NCBI GenBank assembly: GCA_963785725.1
Contig: CAWAWS010000042.1
Span: forward strand, 1 to 31,739
DNA: 31,739 nt
Reading direction: 5' to 3'
Origin: an uncultured delta proteobacterium
GTDB lineage: Bacteria > Myxococcota_A > Polyangia > Palsa-1104
Part shown: positions 1 through 12,700 of the stretch, piece by piece
Layout of the letters: each line of letters begins with the position of its first letter
How positions within the stretch are numbered: the first letter of the stretch is position 1
Translations under genes and position numbers: made by a program
The notes under the pieces: generated by a model
Database searches by the model: none
Told to the model about the DNA's origin: nothing
The model's input: the letters and a program-made list of their open reading frames with translations, nothing else

Positions 1-44
1 ATTGAGCTCAGCATCAGTGCCCGCGTGTACTTGAGTCGATTCAT
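1..44 (-). CDS. 5' end of a gene running off the left edge (MNRLKYTRALMLSS...), possibly a signal peptide
   Basis: Minus-strand ATG at 44, GGAGG Shine-Dalgarno at 51-55 (6 nt spacing), open frame to the edge, basic then hydrophobic residues. Not in the ORF track. Confidence 0.55.
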   Translation of the reverse strand, partial: MNRLKYTRALMLSS

Positions 45-94
45 TCAAGACCTCCGAATGGCAACGAGGGTTGATTCGCGCTGGACTTGGCTGC

Positions 95-111
95 AGCAAC
101 ATGCGCGCCGT
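95..111 (-). promoter_or_regulatory. Putative sigma54 (-24/-12) promoter
   Basis: Minus strand ACGGCGCGCATGTTGCT has GG-N10-GC spacing and resembles TGGCACG-N4-TTGC; about 50 nt upstream of the ATG at 44. Confidence 0.55.
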
Positions 112-2133
112 TTTCAGCACATCGAAGTGGATCTGCGTGTTCGCTCCTTTCACTTACATTTCAGGATTTTGATCTACTGCACACTTTCGTGGGTGGTGAG
201 TGGGAGAGTCCGACTCGGGTCAACTCGGGGCATTGGCCCTCATTTACTGGGGCATATTTCCGCTATTAATTAGCGTATTGGCAGTCATTACAGAGAATGA
301 AACGTATTCATTTGAATGACATTGCCTACATGCGACACCGTGTTGAATAGGCAAAGTGTCAAGCGCAGTTGACGTCGCTCCGACATGATGGGCGCGCGCT
401 CAGACAGTGCTCGCCCTACGGGCTGCGCAAGACAACTCGCGCGCGCCCATCATGTCTCCGCTCTGGCCTTTTCGAGCGGACGAAGGTTGCGCGATGCTAC
501 GGTCGACTGGCGATGCGGAGTAAGCGATGACGTTCAGCTGGAGCGCGCTCAACGATCACAGCATCACGCAGTGGAAGGCGGTGCTCGCGCTCTTGGGCGT
601 CGTCATTCTCGGCTGGGGCGTGTTGGCCGAGCGCGTCACGCAGCTGCGCCGCGGCCGCCGGCTACGCGATGCGCTGCTCATTGTCGTGGCGGCGGCGTCG
701 TGCTCGGCGTGGTTCAACTTCGGCCACTTTCATTACGGCCCCTTCGTGCACTGGTACGAGCTCTATCATTACTATCTGGGCGCCAAGTATCCCGAGCTCG
801 GCTACACGCGGCTCTACGACTGCACCATCGTCGCCGAAGACGAGTGGGCGCACCTCGGCCCGCAGCTCGAGCGCGTGCGCGTGCGCGACCTCGTCACCAA
901 CGAGCTGGGCACGGCGGCGCCGGCGCTGGCGCATCCCGAGCGCTGCAACGAGCACTTCACGCCCGATCGTTGGCGCGACTTCGAAGAGGACTCCGACTTC
1001 TTCCGCTCGGCCTCGACGTGGCAGTTCTGGACCGGCGCCCTGCAAGACCACGGCTACAACGCGACGCCGGTGTGGAGCTTGACCGCCGGCCTCCTCGCCA
1101 ACGCCGGCCAAGCGTCGCCCGACCTCATCGGCGACCTCAGCTTCTTGGACGTCGTGCTGATGACGGTGATGTGGGGCTTCATCGGCTGGGCGTTCGGCTG
1201 GCGGACCGTCTGCGCCGGCATGATCTTCTTCGGCTGCGAATATCCCGGCCGCTATTGGTGGACCGGCGGCGCGTTCTTGCGCACCGATTGGCTCTGCCTC
1301 ACCGTCGCCTCGGTCTGCCTCATGAAGCGAGAACGCCCCCTCGCCGCCGGCTTCGCGCTCGGCTGGGCCACGCTCTTGCGCGTCTTTCCCGGCTTCCTCG
1401 GCGTCGCGCTGTTGGCGCAGCTCGTCGGCGTGTGCGTGCGCGCCAAGAAGCTCGTCGTGCCGGCGTGGCTCGGTCGCTTCGTCGCCGGCGCGGCGCTGGC
1501 GGCGGCGCTGCTGGTGCCGCTGGCGAGCCTGCGACTGCGCGGGCAAGACAGCTGGCTCGCCTTCGTGCACAACAGCCAGAAGCACCTCAATACGCCAGTG
1601 CGGAACAACATGGGGCTGAAATCGGTGCTCGCCTACGACGCCGATCTGCGCAGCGCGCGGACGTTCGACGCGTCGCGGCCGGACGTGTGGGACAAGTGGA
1701 AGCAGGCGCAGCGCGACACGTTCGCGCGGCGAAAGCCGATTTATTGGCTGCTGGTCGCGGCCGCGCTCGTGCTCTTCGGCGCCGCGCTGGCGACGGAGCC
1801 GGCGTGGGTGGCGCTGGCGCTCGGCGGCGGCCTCGATCCTCATCGTCGCGCAGATCACCTGTTATTACTTGGTGGTGCTGCTCTTGCTGGCGCTCATCGA
1901 CGAGCGGCTGCGCTGGGCGAGCGCGGCGCTGGCGTTGGCGGCGGCGGTCAGCGATCTGGTGCCGCTGTGGTATCTGCGCGAAGACGACTGCTACGTGCTC
2001 ATCAGCGAATATTGGCTCGCCTGCGTCGTGCTCATCGTCGGAGGGTTGCTGCTGGAGTCGCGCAGGAGGGCGCTGTTGCCGCAGCCGGAGCCTTCGTCGC
2101 CGGCGAAATCAGCGGCGACGAAGGCGGCGAAGG

Positions 2134-5354
<3,221 letters not shown>

Positions 5355-5357
5355 GGG

Positions 5358-6476
5358 TTACTCCACGTCCTGACCGTCGGACATGACGTCCGTCGGCTTC
5401 GCCACGATCTTGTCGCCCGCCTTCAAGCCGTTGAGGATGGCGATCTTGCCGCCCTGCTCGATGCCCGGCTGGACGACGCGCTCTTCCAAGTGTTTGCCGC
5501 CGCTGACGCCCACGCCCTGGTTGTCGACGATGGCGAAGGCGCGCAAGGTGTCGCCGTCCTGGCGCAGCGCCGTCTTCGGCACCACCGGCAGCGTCTGCGT
5601 GCCGGCGTCGAGCCGCGCCGTCGCGAACAGGCCCGGCCGTAGCAGCTTCTGCTTATTGGGAACGACCGCCTCGAACACCAGATCGCGCGTCGAGGAGCGG
5701 ACCGCCGGCCCAATATAATGAACGACGCCCGTGAACTGCTGGTCGGGGAACGCGCCCACCTGGAACTGCACGGCCTGGCCCTGCTTGACCGCGCCCATGT
5801 TCTGCTCGGGGATGGTCAGCTCGAGGCGCAGCGGATCGATGTCGACCAAGTGCGCCACCTTCGTATCGGGATGCACGTACTCGCCCACCGACACGTAACG
5901 CTCGGCGATGAGACCCGAAAACGGCGCGCGAATGGTCGCGTCACCGAGCGTCTGCTTCGACTGCGACGCGCGCTCGGCGGCGGCGTTGGCGTTCGACAGC
6001 GCCGTCTTGCACGACGCCGTCTGCTTGTCGTACTCGCTCTGCGCGACGGCGCCCTTGGCGAGCAGCTGGTCGTAGCGCGCGCAATCCTGCTTGGCCAGCT
6101 CCTGCTGCGTCTGCGCCGTCTGCAGATTGGCCTGCGACTCGTTGGCCACGAGCGACGCCAGGCGCGAATCGAGCTGCGCGATCATCGCCCCTTGCGCGAC
6201 GTAGCTGCCGCGCTCGACCGTCGTCTTCAGGACCTTGCCGGTCGCGTTCGCCGCCAAATCGGACTCTTGATTGGCCTTGAGCGAGCCGGCCAAGAGCACG
6301 GTGTTCGGCATCGGCGCCTGCGCGACGACGAGGCTGTCGACCTTGATCGGCTTGGCGCGCTCGGGCGCCTTGGACGAGGCCGCCGTCGGCTGATCGCAGG
6401 CAGGCGCCGCCAGCGCGATCGCCAGCAGAAACATTTCGGAGTGACGGCTCAGGAATGGCAGACGAGGAAGTGACAC
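5358..6476 (-). CDS. RND periplasmic adaptor (membrane fusion protein), probable lipoprotein
   Basis: Lipoyl-like halves (TVERGSYVAQGAMIAQLD; TIRAPFSGLI), helical hairpin, LRPGLFA, LKAGDKIV; APAC lipobox-like sequence; directly upstream of the RND permease. Confidence 0.92.
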   Translation of the reverse strand: MSLPRLPFLSRHSEMFLLAIALAAPACDQPTAASSKAPERAKPIKVDSLVVAQAPMPNTVLLAGSLKANQESDLAANATGKVLKTTVERGSYVAQGAMIAQLDSRLASLVANESQANLQTAQTQQELAKQDCARYDQLLAKGAVAQSEYDKQTASCKTALSNANAAAERASQSKQTLGDATIRAPFSGLIAERYVSVGEYVHPDTKVAHLVDIDPLRLELTIPEQNMGAVKQGQAVQFQVGAFPDQQFTGVVHYIGPAVRSSTRDLVFEAVVPNKQKLLRPGLFATARLDAGTQTLPVVPKTALRQDGDTLRAFAIVDNQGVGVSGGKHLEERVVQPGIEQGGKIAILNGLKAGDKIVAKPTDVMSDGQDVE

Positions 6477-6479
6477 GAT

Positions 6480-7151
6480 CTAGCTCCTCTTACGCATGGG
6501 GCGAAGGGTCTTACGCGCGGGAATCGGCAACGGATCGTCGTGGCGAGCGCGCACGCCCTCGACGAGGATGTTGATGATGCCGCGCAAAAACGTGGGCGCG
6601 GCGAGCGGCAACGTATCGGCCGTCTTGTGCAGAAACTGCGACATCACGTAGTCGCAGATGCCGCCGAAGAAGGTGCGCGCCAGGATCTCGGAGTCGACGG
6701 CGCGCAGCCGGCCGAGCCGCGCCTCCGCCTCGAAATAGGCGCCGAGCATCTTCAGGGCCTGGATGTGCACGGGATTGGGATGCTGCATCCGGTCAGTCAG
6801 CGTCGTCATTTTCGCAGCGCTCGACCAGGCCATCATCATGAGCGGCAAAACGGTGCGCATGCCCTCGACGATGTCGACCCCGACCTCGTAGAGGTGGTCG
6901 GTGATGTCGCCCAGGCCGACGCGCTCCGGCAACGTCGCCAGCGACGGGGAGAGCACGATCATCTTGTCGATGACGGCGACGAACAGCGCCTCCTTCGTCT
7001 TGTAACGATAGAAGATGAGGCTCTCGGAGACGCCGGCGCTCTCGGCGATCTCGGCCGTGGTGGCGTCGAGCCCGCGGCGCAAGAAAACGTCGCGAGCGGC
7101 ATCGAGGATCGCGTCTTCGGAGACGCCTGCTGGTCGGCCGCGGAGTTTCAT
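6480..7151 (-). CDS. TetR/AcrR family transcriptional regulator
   Basis: N-terminal HTH: ILDAARDVFLRRGLDATTAEIAESAGVSESLIFYRYKTKEALF; first gene of the efflux operon. Confidence 0.93.
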   Translation of the reverse strand: MKLRGRPAGVSEDAILDAARDVFLRRGLDATTAEIAESAGVSESLIFYRYKTKEALFVAVIDKMIVLSPSLATLPERVGLGDITDHLYEVGVDIVEGMRTVLPLMMMAWSSAAKMTTLTDRMQHPNPVHIQALKMLGAYFEAEARLGRLRAVDSEILARTFFGGICDYVMSQFLHKTADTLPLAAPTFLRGIINILVEGVRARHDDPLPIPARKTLRPMRKRS

Positions 7152-7198
7152 TTCCTGAGTTCGGGCTCAAGAATAAGATCGGCGCCCGCGGTCGGCAA
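7152..7198 (-). promoter_or_regulatory. Sigma70-type promoter of the tetR-MFP-RND operon with overlapping inverted repeat (candidate TetR operator)
   Basis: Minus strand TTGCCG (7198-7193)-17 nt-TATTCT (7175-7170); imperfect inverted repeat TTCCTGAG-N6-CTCAAGAA at 7152-7173 covers the -10 and start region. Confidence 0.55.
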
Positions 7199-7334
7199 CG
7201 AAAAATGACGCAGTGCGAATAAGTAGCACTCGCCCGTACAGCGCCGCCGCACGAGCCCCAACGACGCGGCCGCAACGGCCATGCAACGAGCGTGGTTCCG
7301 CGTACAAGTCGCATGTTCTCGCAGGTTTCTGAGG

Positions 7335-7364
7335 TTGACCCTCGTGCCGGATCTCACTTATGCT
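7335..7364 (+). promoter_or_regulatory. Putative sigma70-type promoter for the kinase operon
   Basis: TTGACC-18 nt-TATGCT, ending 9 nt before the ATG at 7374. Confidence 0.5.
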
Positions 7365-7373
7365 GAAAGGGCA

Positions 7374-9017
7374 ATGTCTTTGCCTGGAGCCGTAGGGGAG
7401 CGGGCTGCGACCTCTGCGGACGACACCGTTCCGAGCCCGAAAGTGCCGGATGTCGACGGCGATTTGGCCGCCGGCACCATCGTCAACGAGTTCCGCGTAG
7501 AGTCGCGGCTCGGCCAGGGCGGCATGTCGACTGTCTACTCCGCGATACAGCCGCTCATCGGCAAGCGCGCCGCCATCAAGGTCATTCGCCGCGAGTTGTG
7601 CCTCGATCCGGTGCAGGTCGAGCGCTTCGTGCAAGAGGCGCGGGCCGTCAATCAGATCGGGCATCCCAACATCGTCGACGTCTTCGCCTTCGGCACGCTG
7701 CCGGACGAGCGCAGCTACCTCGTCATGGAGTGGCTGCAAGGCGAGACGCTGGCGGAGCGGCTCAAGCGCGGGCCGCTCGGCGTGACCGAGGCGATGGCCA
7801 TCATCTTCCAGATCTGCGACGCCTTGGCCGCCGCGCACGACAAGGGCATCGTTCACCGCGATCTAAAGCCGGAGAACGTGTTCCTGGTGCCGGTGCGCAA
7901 TCGCCGGCTGTTGGTCAAGCTGCTCGACTTCGGCGTGGCCAAGCTGCGCGGGCCGCGCGGCGAGGCGCGCGTCGATCACACGTCGCCCGGCAACACCGTC
8001 GGCACGCCCAAATACATGGCGCCCGAGCAGGCGCGCGGCCGCGACGTCGACTATCGCGCCGACGTCTATTCACTCGGCGTCACCGCGTACGAGATGTTCA
8101 CCGGGCGCGTGCCCTTCTTGGGCGACGAAGCGATCGACGTCATGCACCAGCACGTCTACAAGATGCCGCCGGCGCCGAGCCTCTTGCGCGCCGATCTGCC
8201 GCTGCAAGTGGAGCGCTTGTTGCTCGGCATGCTGGAAAAGAAGCCGGACAAGCGGCCGACGCTGGCGCAAATCGAGGCGCGGCTGGCCGACGTGCGCGAC
8301 GCGGTGCTGGCGGCGACGGGCGAGTCGGGCCCGATCGCGCTGCGGGCGCTGGAAGTGGGCGGACCGCGACACATCACGGCGCCGCGGCAAGTGGCGGTGA
8401 CCGAGACGATCGAGAGCCTACGCGGCGGGCCGCCCAAAGCGGTGCTGATATTGGCGTTGGCGCTGGTGTCGCTGTCGATCATGGCGGCGACCGCGAAGCT
8501 GCTCTTGCGCCATCGGCAGACCGAGCTGACGACGACGACCGCGCCACCGCCGGCCAAGCCGGCCCCGAAGACGACGGCCGAGCTCGCCGCCGAAGTCGCC
8601 GACGTGCCGCCGCCGGCCGCCGCGGCCAACGACGAGGCGGCGATCATCGTCGCGCCGTCGGCGGACGTCGCCGCGGCGGCTGCGGATGCGGCGAATTGGC
8701 GGCCGGCGACGCTCGTCGTGCGCGCCAACGCGCCCGGCGCGCACGTCGAGCTCGACGGTCGCGCCGTCGGCATGACCGGCAAGAAAGTGCGCGTCGCGCA
8801 GCCGGGCCTGCATCAGCTCGTGGTGAGCGCGCCCCATTTTCGTCCACTCAAGCGCGCGATGCGCTTCGACTCCGGCGCCGAGGTGCAGCTCGACCTCACG
8901 CTCGATCGTGTCGGCGCGCGCCCAGCCGCGCCGGCGCATGCGGCGCCGACCCCGGCGCACCCGTCGTCGCGACCGCGCAACCGCGACGACATGATCGATC
9001 CCTTCGCCAGCCCGTGA
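7374..9017 (+). CDS. Membrane Ser/Thr protein kinase with C-terminal PEGA-like domain
   Basis: Hanks motifs LGQGGMSTVY, AAIKV, HPNIV, HRDLKPEN, DFG, GTPKYMAPE, DVYSLG; one TM helix; Pro/Ala linker; VRANAPGAHVELDG. Start placed at the in-frame ATG 7374. Confidence 0.93.
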   Translation: MSLPGAVGERAATSADDTVPSPKVPDVDGDLAAGTIVNEFRVESRLGQGGMSTVYSAIQPLIGKRAAIKVIRRELCLDPVQVERFVQEARAVNQIGHPNIVDVFAFGTLPDERSYLVMEWLQGETLAERLKRGPLGVTEAMAIIFQICDALAAAHDKGIVHRDLKPENVFLVPVRNRRLLVKLLDFGVAKLRGPRGEARVDHTSPGNTVGTPKYMAPEQARGRDVDYRADVYSLGVTAYEMFTGRVPFLGDEAIDVMHQHVYKMPPAPSLLRADLPLQVERLLLGMLEKKPDKRPTLAQIEARLADVRDAVLAATGESGPIALRALEVGGPRHITAPRQVAVTETIESLRGGPPKAVLILALALVSLSIMAATAKLLLRHRQTELTTTTAPPPAKPAPKTTAELAAEVADVPPPAAAANDEAAIIVAPSADVAAAAADAANWRPATLVVRANAPGAHVELDGRAVGMTGKKVRVAQPGLHQLVVSAPHFRPLKRAMRFDSGAEVQLDLTLDRVGARPAAPAHAAPTPAHPSSRPRNRDDMIDPFASP

Positions 9018-9892
9018 AGAGCCTTCGGTCAGCCCGCCTGGTCGCGGTCGTGCTCGTGTCGGCGCTGGTGACGGCGCCGGCGCGCGCGCAGCCGCCGCGC
9101 AAAGCCGCCGAAGCGCGCAAGGCCGCCGAAGCGCGCGACCTCTACGCGCGCGCCATGCGCCACTACGAGCTCGGCGAATACGATCCGGCGATCGAGGACT
9201 TCAAGAAGGCCTACGAGCTGAGCCAAGCGCCCGGCCTGCTGTTCAATTTGGGGCAGGTCTATCGGCTCAAGAAGGATTGGCCGCAGGCGATTCGGCTCTA
9301 TCGCTCCTATCTGCGCCTCTCGCCGCAAGCGAAGAACAAGGCCGACGTCGAGTCGCTGATCGCCGAGATGCAGGCCGCGCTCGACGACGAGCAGCGCAAG
9401 GCCGCCGAAGCCGCCGCCGCGGCCGCCGCGCAACAGGCGCAGGCGCAAACGCAGGCGCCGCCGGTCACGACCACGCCGACGACGCCGGTCACGCCGACGC
9501 CGACGCCGACGGCGGAAGCGATCGCGCCGCCGCCGCCGCCGCCGCGTCCGAAGCACGCCAAGCTCAAGCTGTGGCTGGGCGGCGCGTTCGTCGTCGCCGG
9601 CTTGGGCGCGGTCGGCGCCGGCATCGCGCTCGGCGTGCGCGCGCAGTCGGACTCGCGCAAGCTCGTCGACGCCGCCAACCTCGACAACCAGACGTGGGAC
9701 AGCGCGCGCCAGGCGCTCTATCGCGACGGCCAGCACATGGCGCTCGCCGCGACCACCCTCGACGTCGTCGGTGGCGCCTTCGTCGCCGCCGGTGTCGTCG
9801 TCGGCATTTTGGGACTACGCGATTGGCGCCATACGCGCCGGTTCGCGCTTTTGCCGTCGTCGGACGGCGCTGGAGTCACATGCGCCTTCTAA
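9014..9892 (+). CDS. Signal-peptide TPR protein with C-terminal hydrophobic helices (myxobacterial type)
   Basis: GTG at 9014 overlaps the kinase TGA (GTGA); signal peptide ending APARA; TPR-like ARDLYARAMRHYELGEYDPAIEDFKKAYEL...LLFNLGQVYR; Pro/Thr linker; two Gly-rich hydrophobic segments. Confidence 0.85.
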   Translation: MKSLRSARLVAVVLVSALVTAPARAQPPRKAAEARKAAEARDLYARAMRHYELGEYDPAIEDFKKAYELSQAPGLLFNLGQVYRLKKDWPQAIRLYRSYLRLSPQAKNKADVESLIAEMQAALDDEQRKAAEAAAAAAAQQAQAQTQAPPVTTTPTTPVTPTPTPTAEAIAPPPPPPRPKHAKLKLWLGGAFVVAGLGAVGAGIALGVRAQSDSRKLVDAANLDNQTWDSARQALYRDGQHMALAATTLDVVGGAFVAAGVVVGILGLRDWRHTRRFALLPSSDGAGVTCAF

Positions 9893-10878
9893 CGATCGCC
9901 TTCGCGATGATGACGCTCGCCGGCTGCAACTTTCGTCCTGGTTTAGCCAGCGGCGCCTTCTTCTGCGGCACCGGCAGCGCCTGTCCGCCCGGCCAATTCT
10001 GCGCCGGCGACGGCCGCTGCTATGCCGACGGCCATGCGCCCGACATGCTCGGCGGCGGCGTCTGCCTGCCGATGAGCTGCTCGGACCAGGGCAAGAACTG
10101 CGGCGCCGTGTCCAACGGCTGCGGCGCGACGATGAGCTGCGGCAGCTGCGACGCGCCCAACACCTGCGGCGGCGGCGGTCCCGACAACGTCTGCGGCTGC
10201 ACGTCGACGACGTGCGCCAAGATGGGCTGGAACTGCGGCACCGCGCCCGACGGCTGCGGCGGCACGCTCGACTGCGGCGGCAGCTGCACGGCCGGCCTCA
10301 CCTGCGGCGGCGGCGGCATGGTCAACGTCTGCGGCTCCGGCGTCTGCGTGGCGACGACGTGCCTCGCCGCCAAGGCCAACTGCGGCACCATCAGCGACGG
10401 CTGCGGCGGCACGCTCGACTGCGGCATGTGCACGCCGCCGCAGACCTGCGGCGGCGGCGGCGTCAGCAACGTCTGCGGCTGCACGGCGACGAGCTGCTCG
10501 GCCAAGAGCAAGAACTGCGGCACCATCCCCGACGGCTGCGGCGGCTCGCTCGACTGCGGCAACTGCGCCGCGCCCGCGACCTGCAGCAACGACAACCAGT
10601 GCACGTGCACGCCCACGACCTGCAACGCGATGGGCTGGTGCGGCACGGCGCCCGACGGCTGCGGCGGCACGCTCAACTGCGGCGGCTGCATCCTCTCGTC
10701 GTGCGGCGCCGGCGGCCAGAACAAGTGCGGCCTCGGCGGCTGCACGAAGACGACCTGCAAGGCGCAGAACAAGAACTGCGGCACCATCAGCGACGCCTGC
10801 AGCGACGTCCTCAACTGCGGCACGTGCCCGACCGGTCAAGTCTGCGGCGGCGGCGGCATCGCCAACGTCTGCGGCTGA
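9880..10878 (+). CDS. Cys/Gly-rich repeat lipoprotein
   Basis: ATG 9880 after GGAG; lipobox LAGC; six ~45-aa repeats with core CGxxxDGCGGxLxCG. Confidence 0.88.
   Translation: MRLLTIAFAMMTLAGCNFRPGLASGAFFCGTGSACPPGQFCAGDGRCYADGHAPDMLGGGVCLPMSCSDQGKNCGAVSNGCGATMSCGSCDAPNTCGGGGPDNVCGCTSTTCAKMGWNCGTAPDGCGGTLDCGGSCTAGLTCGGGGMVNVCGSGVCVATTCLAAKANCGTISDGCGGTLDCGMCTPPQTCGGGGVSNVCGCTATSCSAKSKNCGTIPDGCGGSLDCGNCAAPATCSNDNQCTCTPTTCNAMGWCGTAPDGCGGTLNCGGCILSSCGAGGQNKCGLGGCTKTTCKAQNKNCGTISDACSDVLNCGTCPTGQVCGGGGIANVCG
10075..10875 (+). repeat. Six degenerate intragenic repeats encoding Cys-rich modules
   Basis: Recurrent AACTGCGGCACC...GACGGCTGCGGCGGCACGCTCGACTGCGGC blocks (e.g. ~10231, 10378, 10513, 10638). 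Confidence 0.8.
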
Positions 10879-10957
10879 TTCGCGTTCGCCGCTTGGCGGG
10901 ACGTTCGTCGCCGCTTCCTGACGTCCGACTGGCTCGACGAAGCGGCGCCTCTCGGTC

Positions 10958-12220
10958 ATGATGGCGGGGTTGCCCGCGCTGCTCCTCATCATCGGCTCGT
11001 TCGCGCTCATCGGGAGCTTCAACGCGCTGCGCCCGCGCTATTCGCCGGCCGGCCTGGCCGCCGTCAGCTTCTTCGCCGGCTGGCTCACGGGCGAGCTGGC
11101 CGCGCACCTCTTGGTCATCGACGTCGCCGTCGTCGCCGCGCTCGTGTGGCACGGCGCGCTCGCCGCCTGGCAAGGGCAGCTCGGCTTGGCGCTCGATCTC
11201 GTCGCCGTGTCGCTCCTGCTCGTCGCCTGCACGCGCAGCTTCGCCAGCGCCGCCATCGTCACCACCGCGCTCGCCGACGTGGCCCTCGACCAAGCGCCGC
11301 GCGAGCGCGACTTGGGCCAGCTGTTCATGCCCTTTCCGGTGCGCGATGGACGCAACGAGCGGCTGCGCAACATCGTCTACCACAGCGACGAGAACGTGAC
11401 CTTGCGGCTCGACGTCTTCCGGCGCCGCGGCGAGGGCTACGGCGCGCACAGCAAGAGGCCGGTGTTGCTGTTCGTCCATGGCGGCGGCTGGATGATCGGC
11501 AACAAAGAGTACCAAGGCCTGCCGCTCCTCAACCGCTTCGCCGCGCGCGGCTGGGTCGCCTTCTCGATCAACTATCGCTTGAGCCCGCGCGCGACGTTCC
11601 CGGCGCACGTCATCGACGTCAAGCGCGCCATCGCCTGGCTGCGCGCGCACGCCGCGGAATATGGCGGCGATCCCGACTGCATCGTCATCGCCGGCAACTC
11701 GGCCGGCGGCCACTTGGCGTCGCTGGCGGCGCTGACGCCGAACAAGCGCGAGTGGCAGCCCGGCTTCGAGGCCGTCGACACGTCGGTCACCGCCTGCTTG
11801 TCGTTCTACGGCGTCTACGACTTCACCGATCAACACGGCCACTGGCCCAACCGCGGCCTCAACGGGCTGCTCGAACGCTACATCATGAAGGCCAAGCGAA
11901 AAGACGCGCCCGAGCGCTTCGCCGAAGCCTCGCCGATTCATTGGCTGAGCCGAGAGACGCCGTGTAAGGCGCCGCCGTTTCTCGTCGTCCACGGCACGGC
12001 CGACAGCATCGTGCCCGTCGCCGAAGCGCGGCGCTTCACGGCGGCGTTGAAGGCGTGCGGGCACGAGAAGTTCGCCTATATCGAGCTGCCGGGCGCGCAG
12101 CACGCGTTCGAGATCTTCCCGTCGCTGCGCACGTTCGCGGTCTTGCGCGGCGTCGAGCGCTTCGCGCAGCAGGTGCTCGACGAGCGCGCCGCCGCGAGCG
12201 ACGACGGCGCGTCCGTTTAG
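10958..12220 (+). CDS. Membrane-anchored alpha/beta hydrolase, HSL-family esterase/lipase
   Basis: HGGGW oxyanion motif, GNSAGG nucleophile elbow, VHGTADSIVP (Asp), GAQHAF (His); N-terminal hydrophobic helices. Confidence 0.9.
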   Translation: MMAGLPALLLIIGSFALIGSFNALRPRYSPAGLAAVSFFAGWLTGELAAHLLVIDVAVVAALVWHGALAAWQGQLGLALDLVAVSLLLVACTRSFASAAIVTTALADVALDQAPRERDLGQLFMPFPVRDGRNERLRNIVYHSDENVTLRLDVFRRRGEGYGAHSKRPVLLFVHGGGWMIGNKEYQGLPLLNRFAARGWVAFSINYRLSPRATFPAHVIDVKRAIAWLRAHAAEYGGDPDCIVIAGNSAGGHLASLAALTPNKREWQPGFEAVDTSVTACLSFYGVYDFTDQHGHWPNRGLNGLLERYIMKAKRKDAPERFAEASPIHWLSRETPCKAPPFLVVHGTADSIVPVAEARRFTAALKACGHEKFAYIELPGAQHAFEIFPSLRTFAVLRGVERFAQQVLDERAAASDDGASV

Positions 12221-12259
12221 CGACGGCGCGACGACGGCGGCGGCGCGACCGCGTGCAGG

Positions 12260-12700
12260 CTACAGCTTCTGCGGCGATGGACGGACGCGCGCTTGCAGGC
12301 GGCCGTCGTCGGACGGGCCGAAGCCGCGCCGCTGCAGCCACGCCGTCACCACCGCCGCGCGCGGATGCGTCGGCCGCACGACGTTGGTCAGATAATTGAG
12401 CCCCTGTTGCGCCGCCTCGACGTGCAGCTGCGCGAGGATGAAGCTGCCCACGCCGCTCGACGCGCTCGCCGGCTCGACCGCCAACAGGATCTCGGCGTCG
12501 CCCCAGTTGGCGTCGAGCCAGCCGTAGCCGACGACGCGGCCGCCGCCGTCCTCGACGCGCCACCACTCGGCGGGCACGAGATCGCCGGGGCGCAGCTGGC
12601 GATAGCGGTTGTCGAAGATGCCGGGCTCGCACTGCCCGACGATGCGCGCCTTGTCGGCGTCCCAGCGCGCCGTGGTCTCACGAAGCCACTTCCAGCTCAT
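12260..12700 (-). CDS. GNAT family N-acyltransferase
   Basis: Starts MSWKWL at 12700, overlapping the PPTase stop (ATGA); VVGYGWLD...LAVEPASASSGVGSFIL...WLQRRGF. Confidence 0.78.
   Translation of the reverse strand: MSWKWLRETTARWDADKARIVGQCEPGIFDNRYRQLRPGDLVPAEWWRVEDGGGRVVGYGWLDANWGDAEILLAVEPASASSGVGSFILAQLHVEAAQQGLNYLTNVVRPTHPRAAVVTAWLQRRGFGPSDDGRLQARVRPSPQKL

Noticed and set aside
25..273. Short plus-strand ORFs 25..273 and 87..269
   Set aside because: Atypical codon usage, no RBS, and they overlap the minus-strand promoter and start.
9098..9136. 18-bp duplication encoding RKAAEA twice in the TPR gene
   Set aside because: Minor in-frame slippage with no evident significance.
10909..10947. 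Inverted repeat CGCCGCTTC...GAAGCGGCG as an intrinsic terminator
   Set aside because: 21-nt loop and no U-tract, so it cannot be supported as a terminator.
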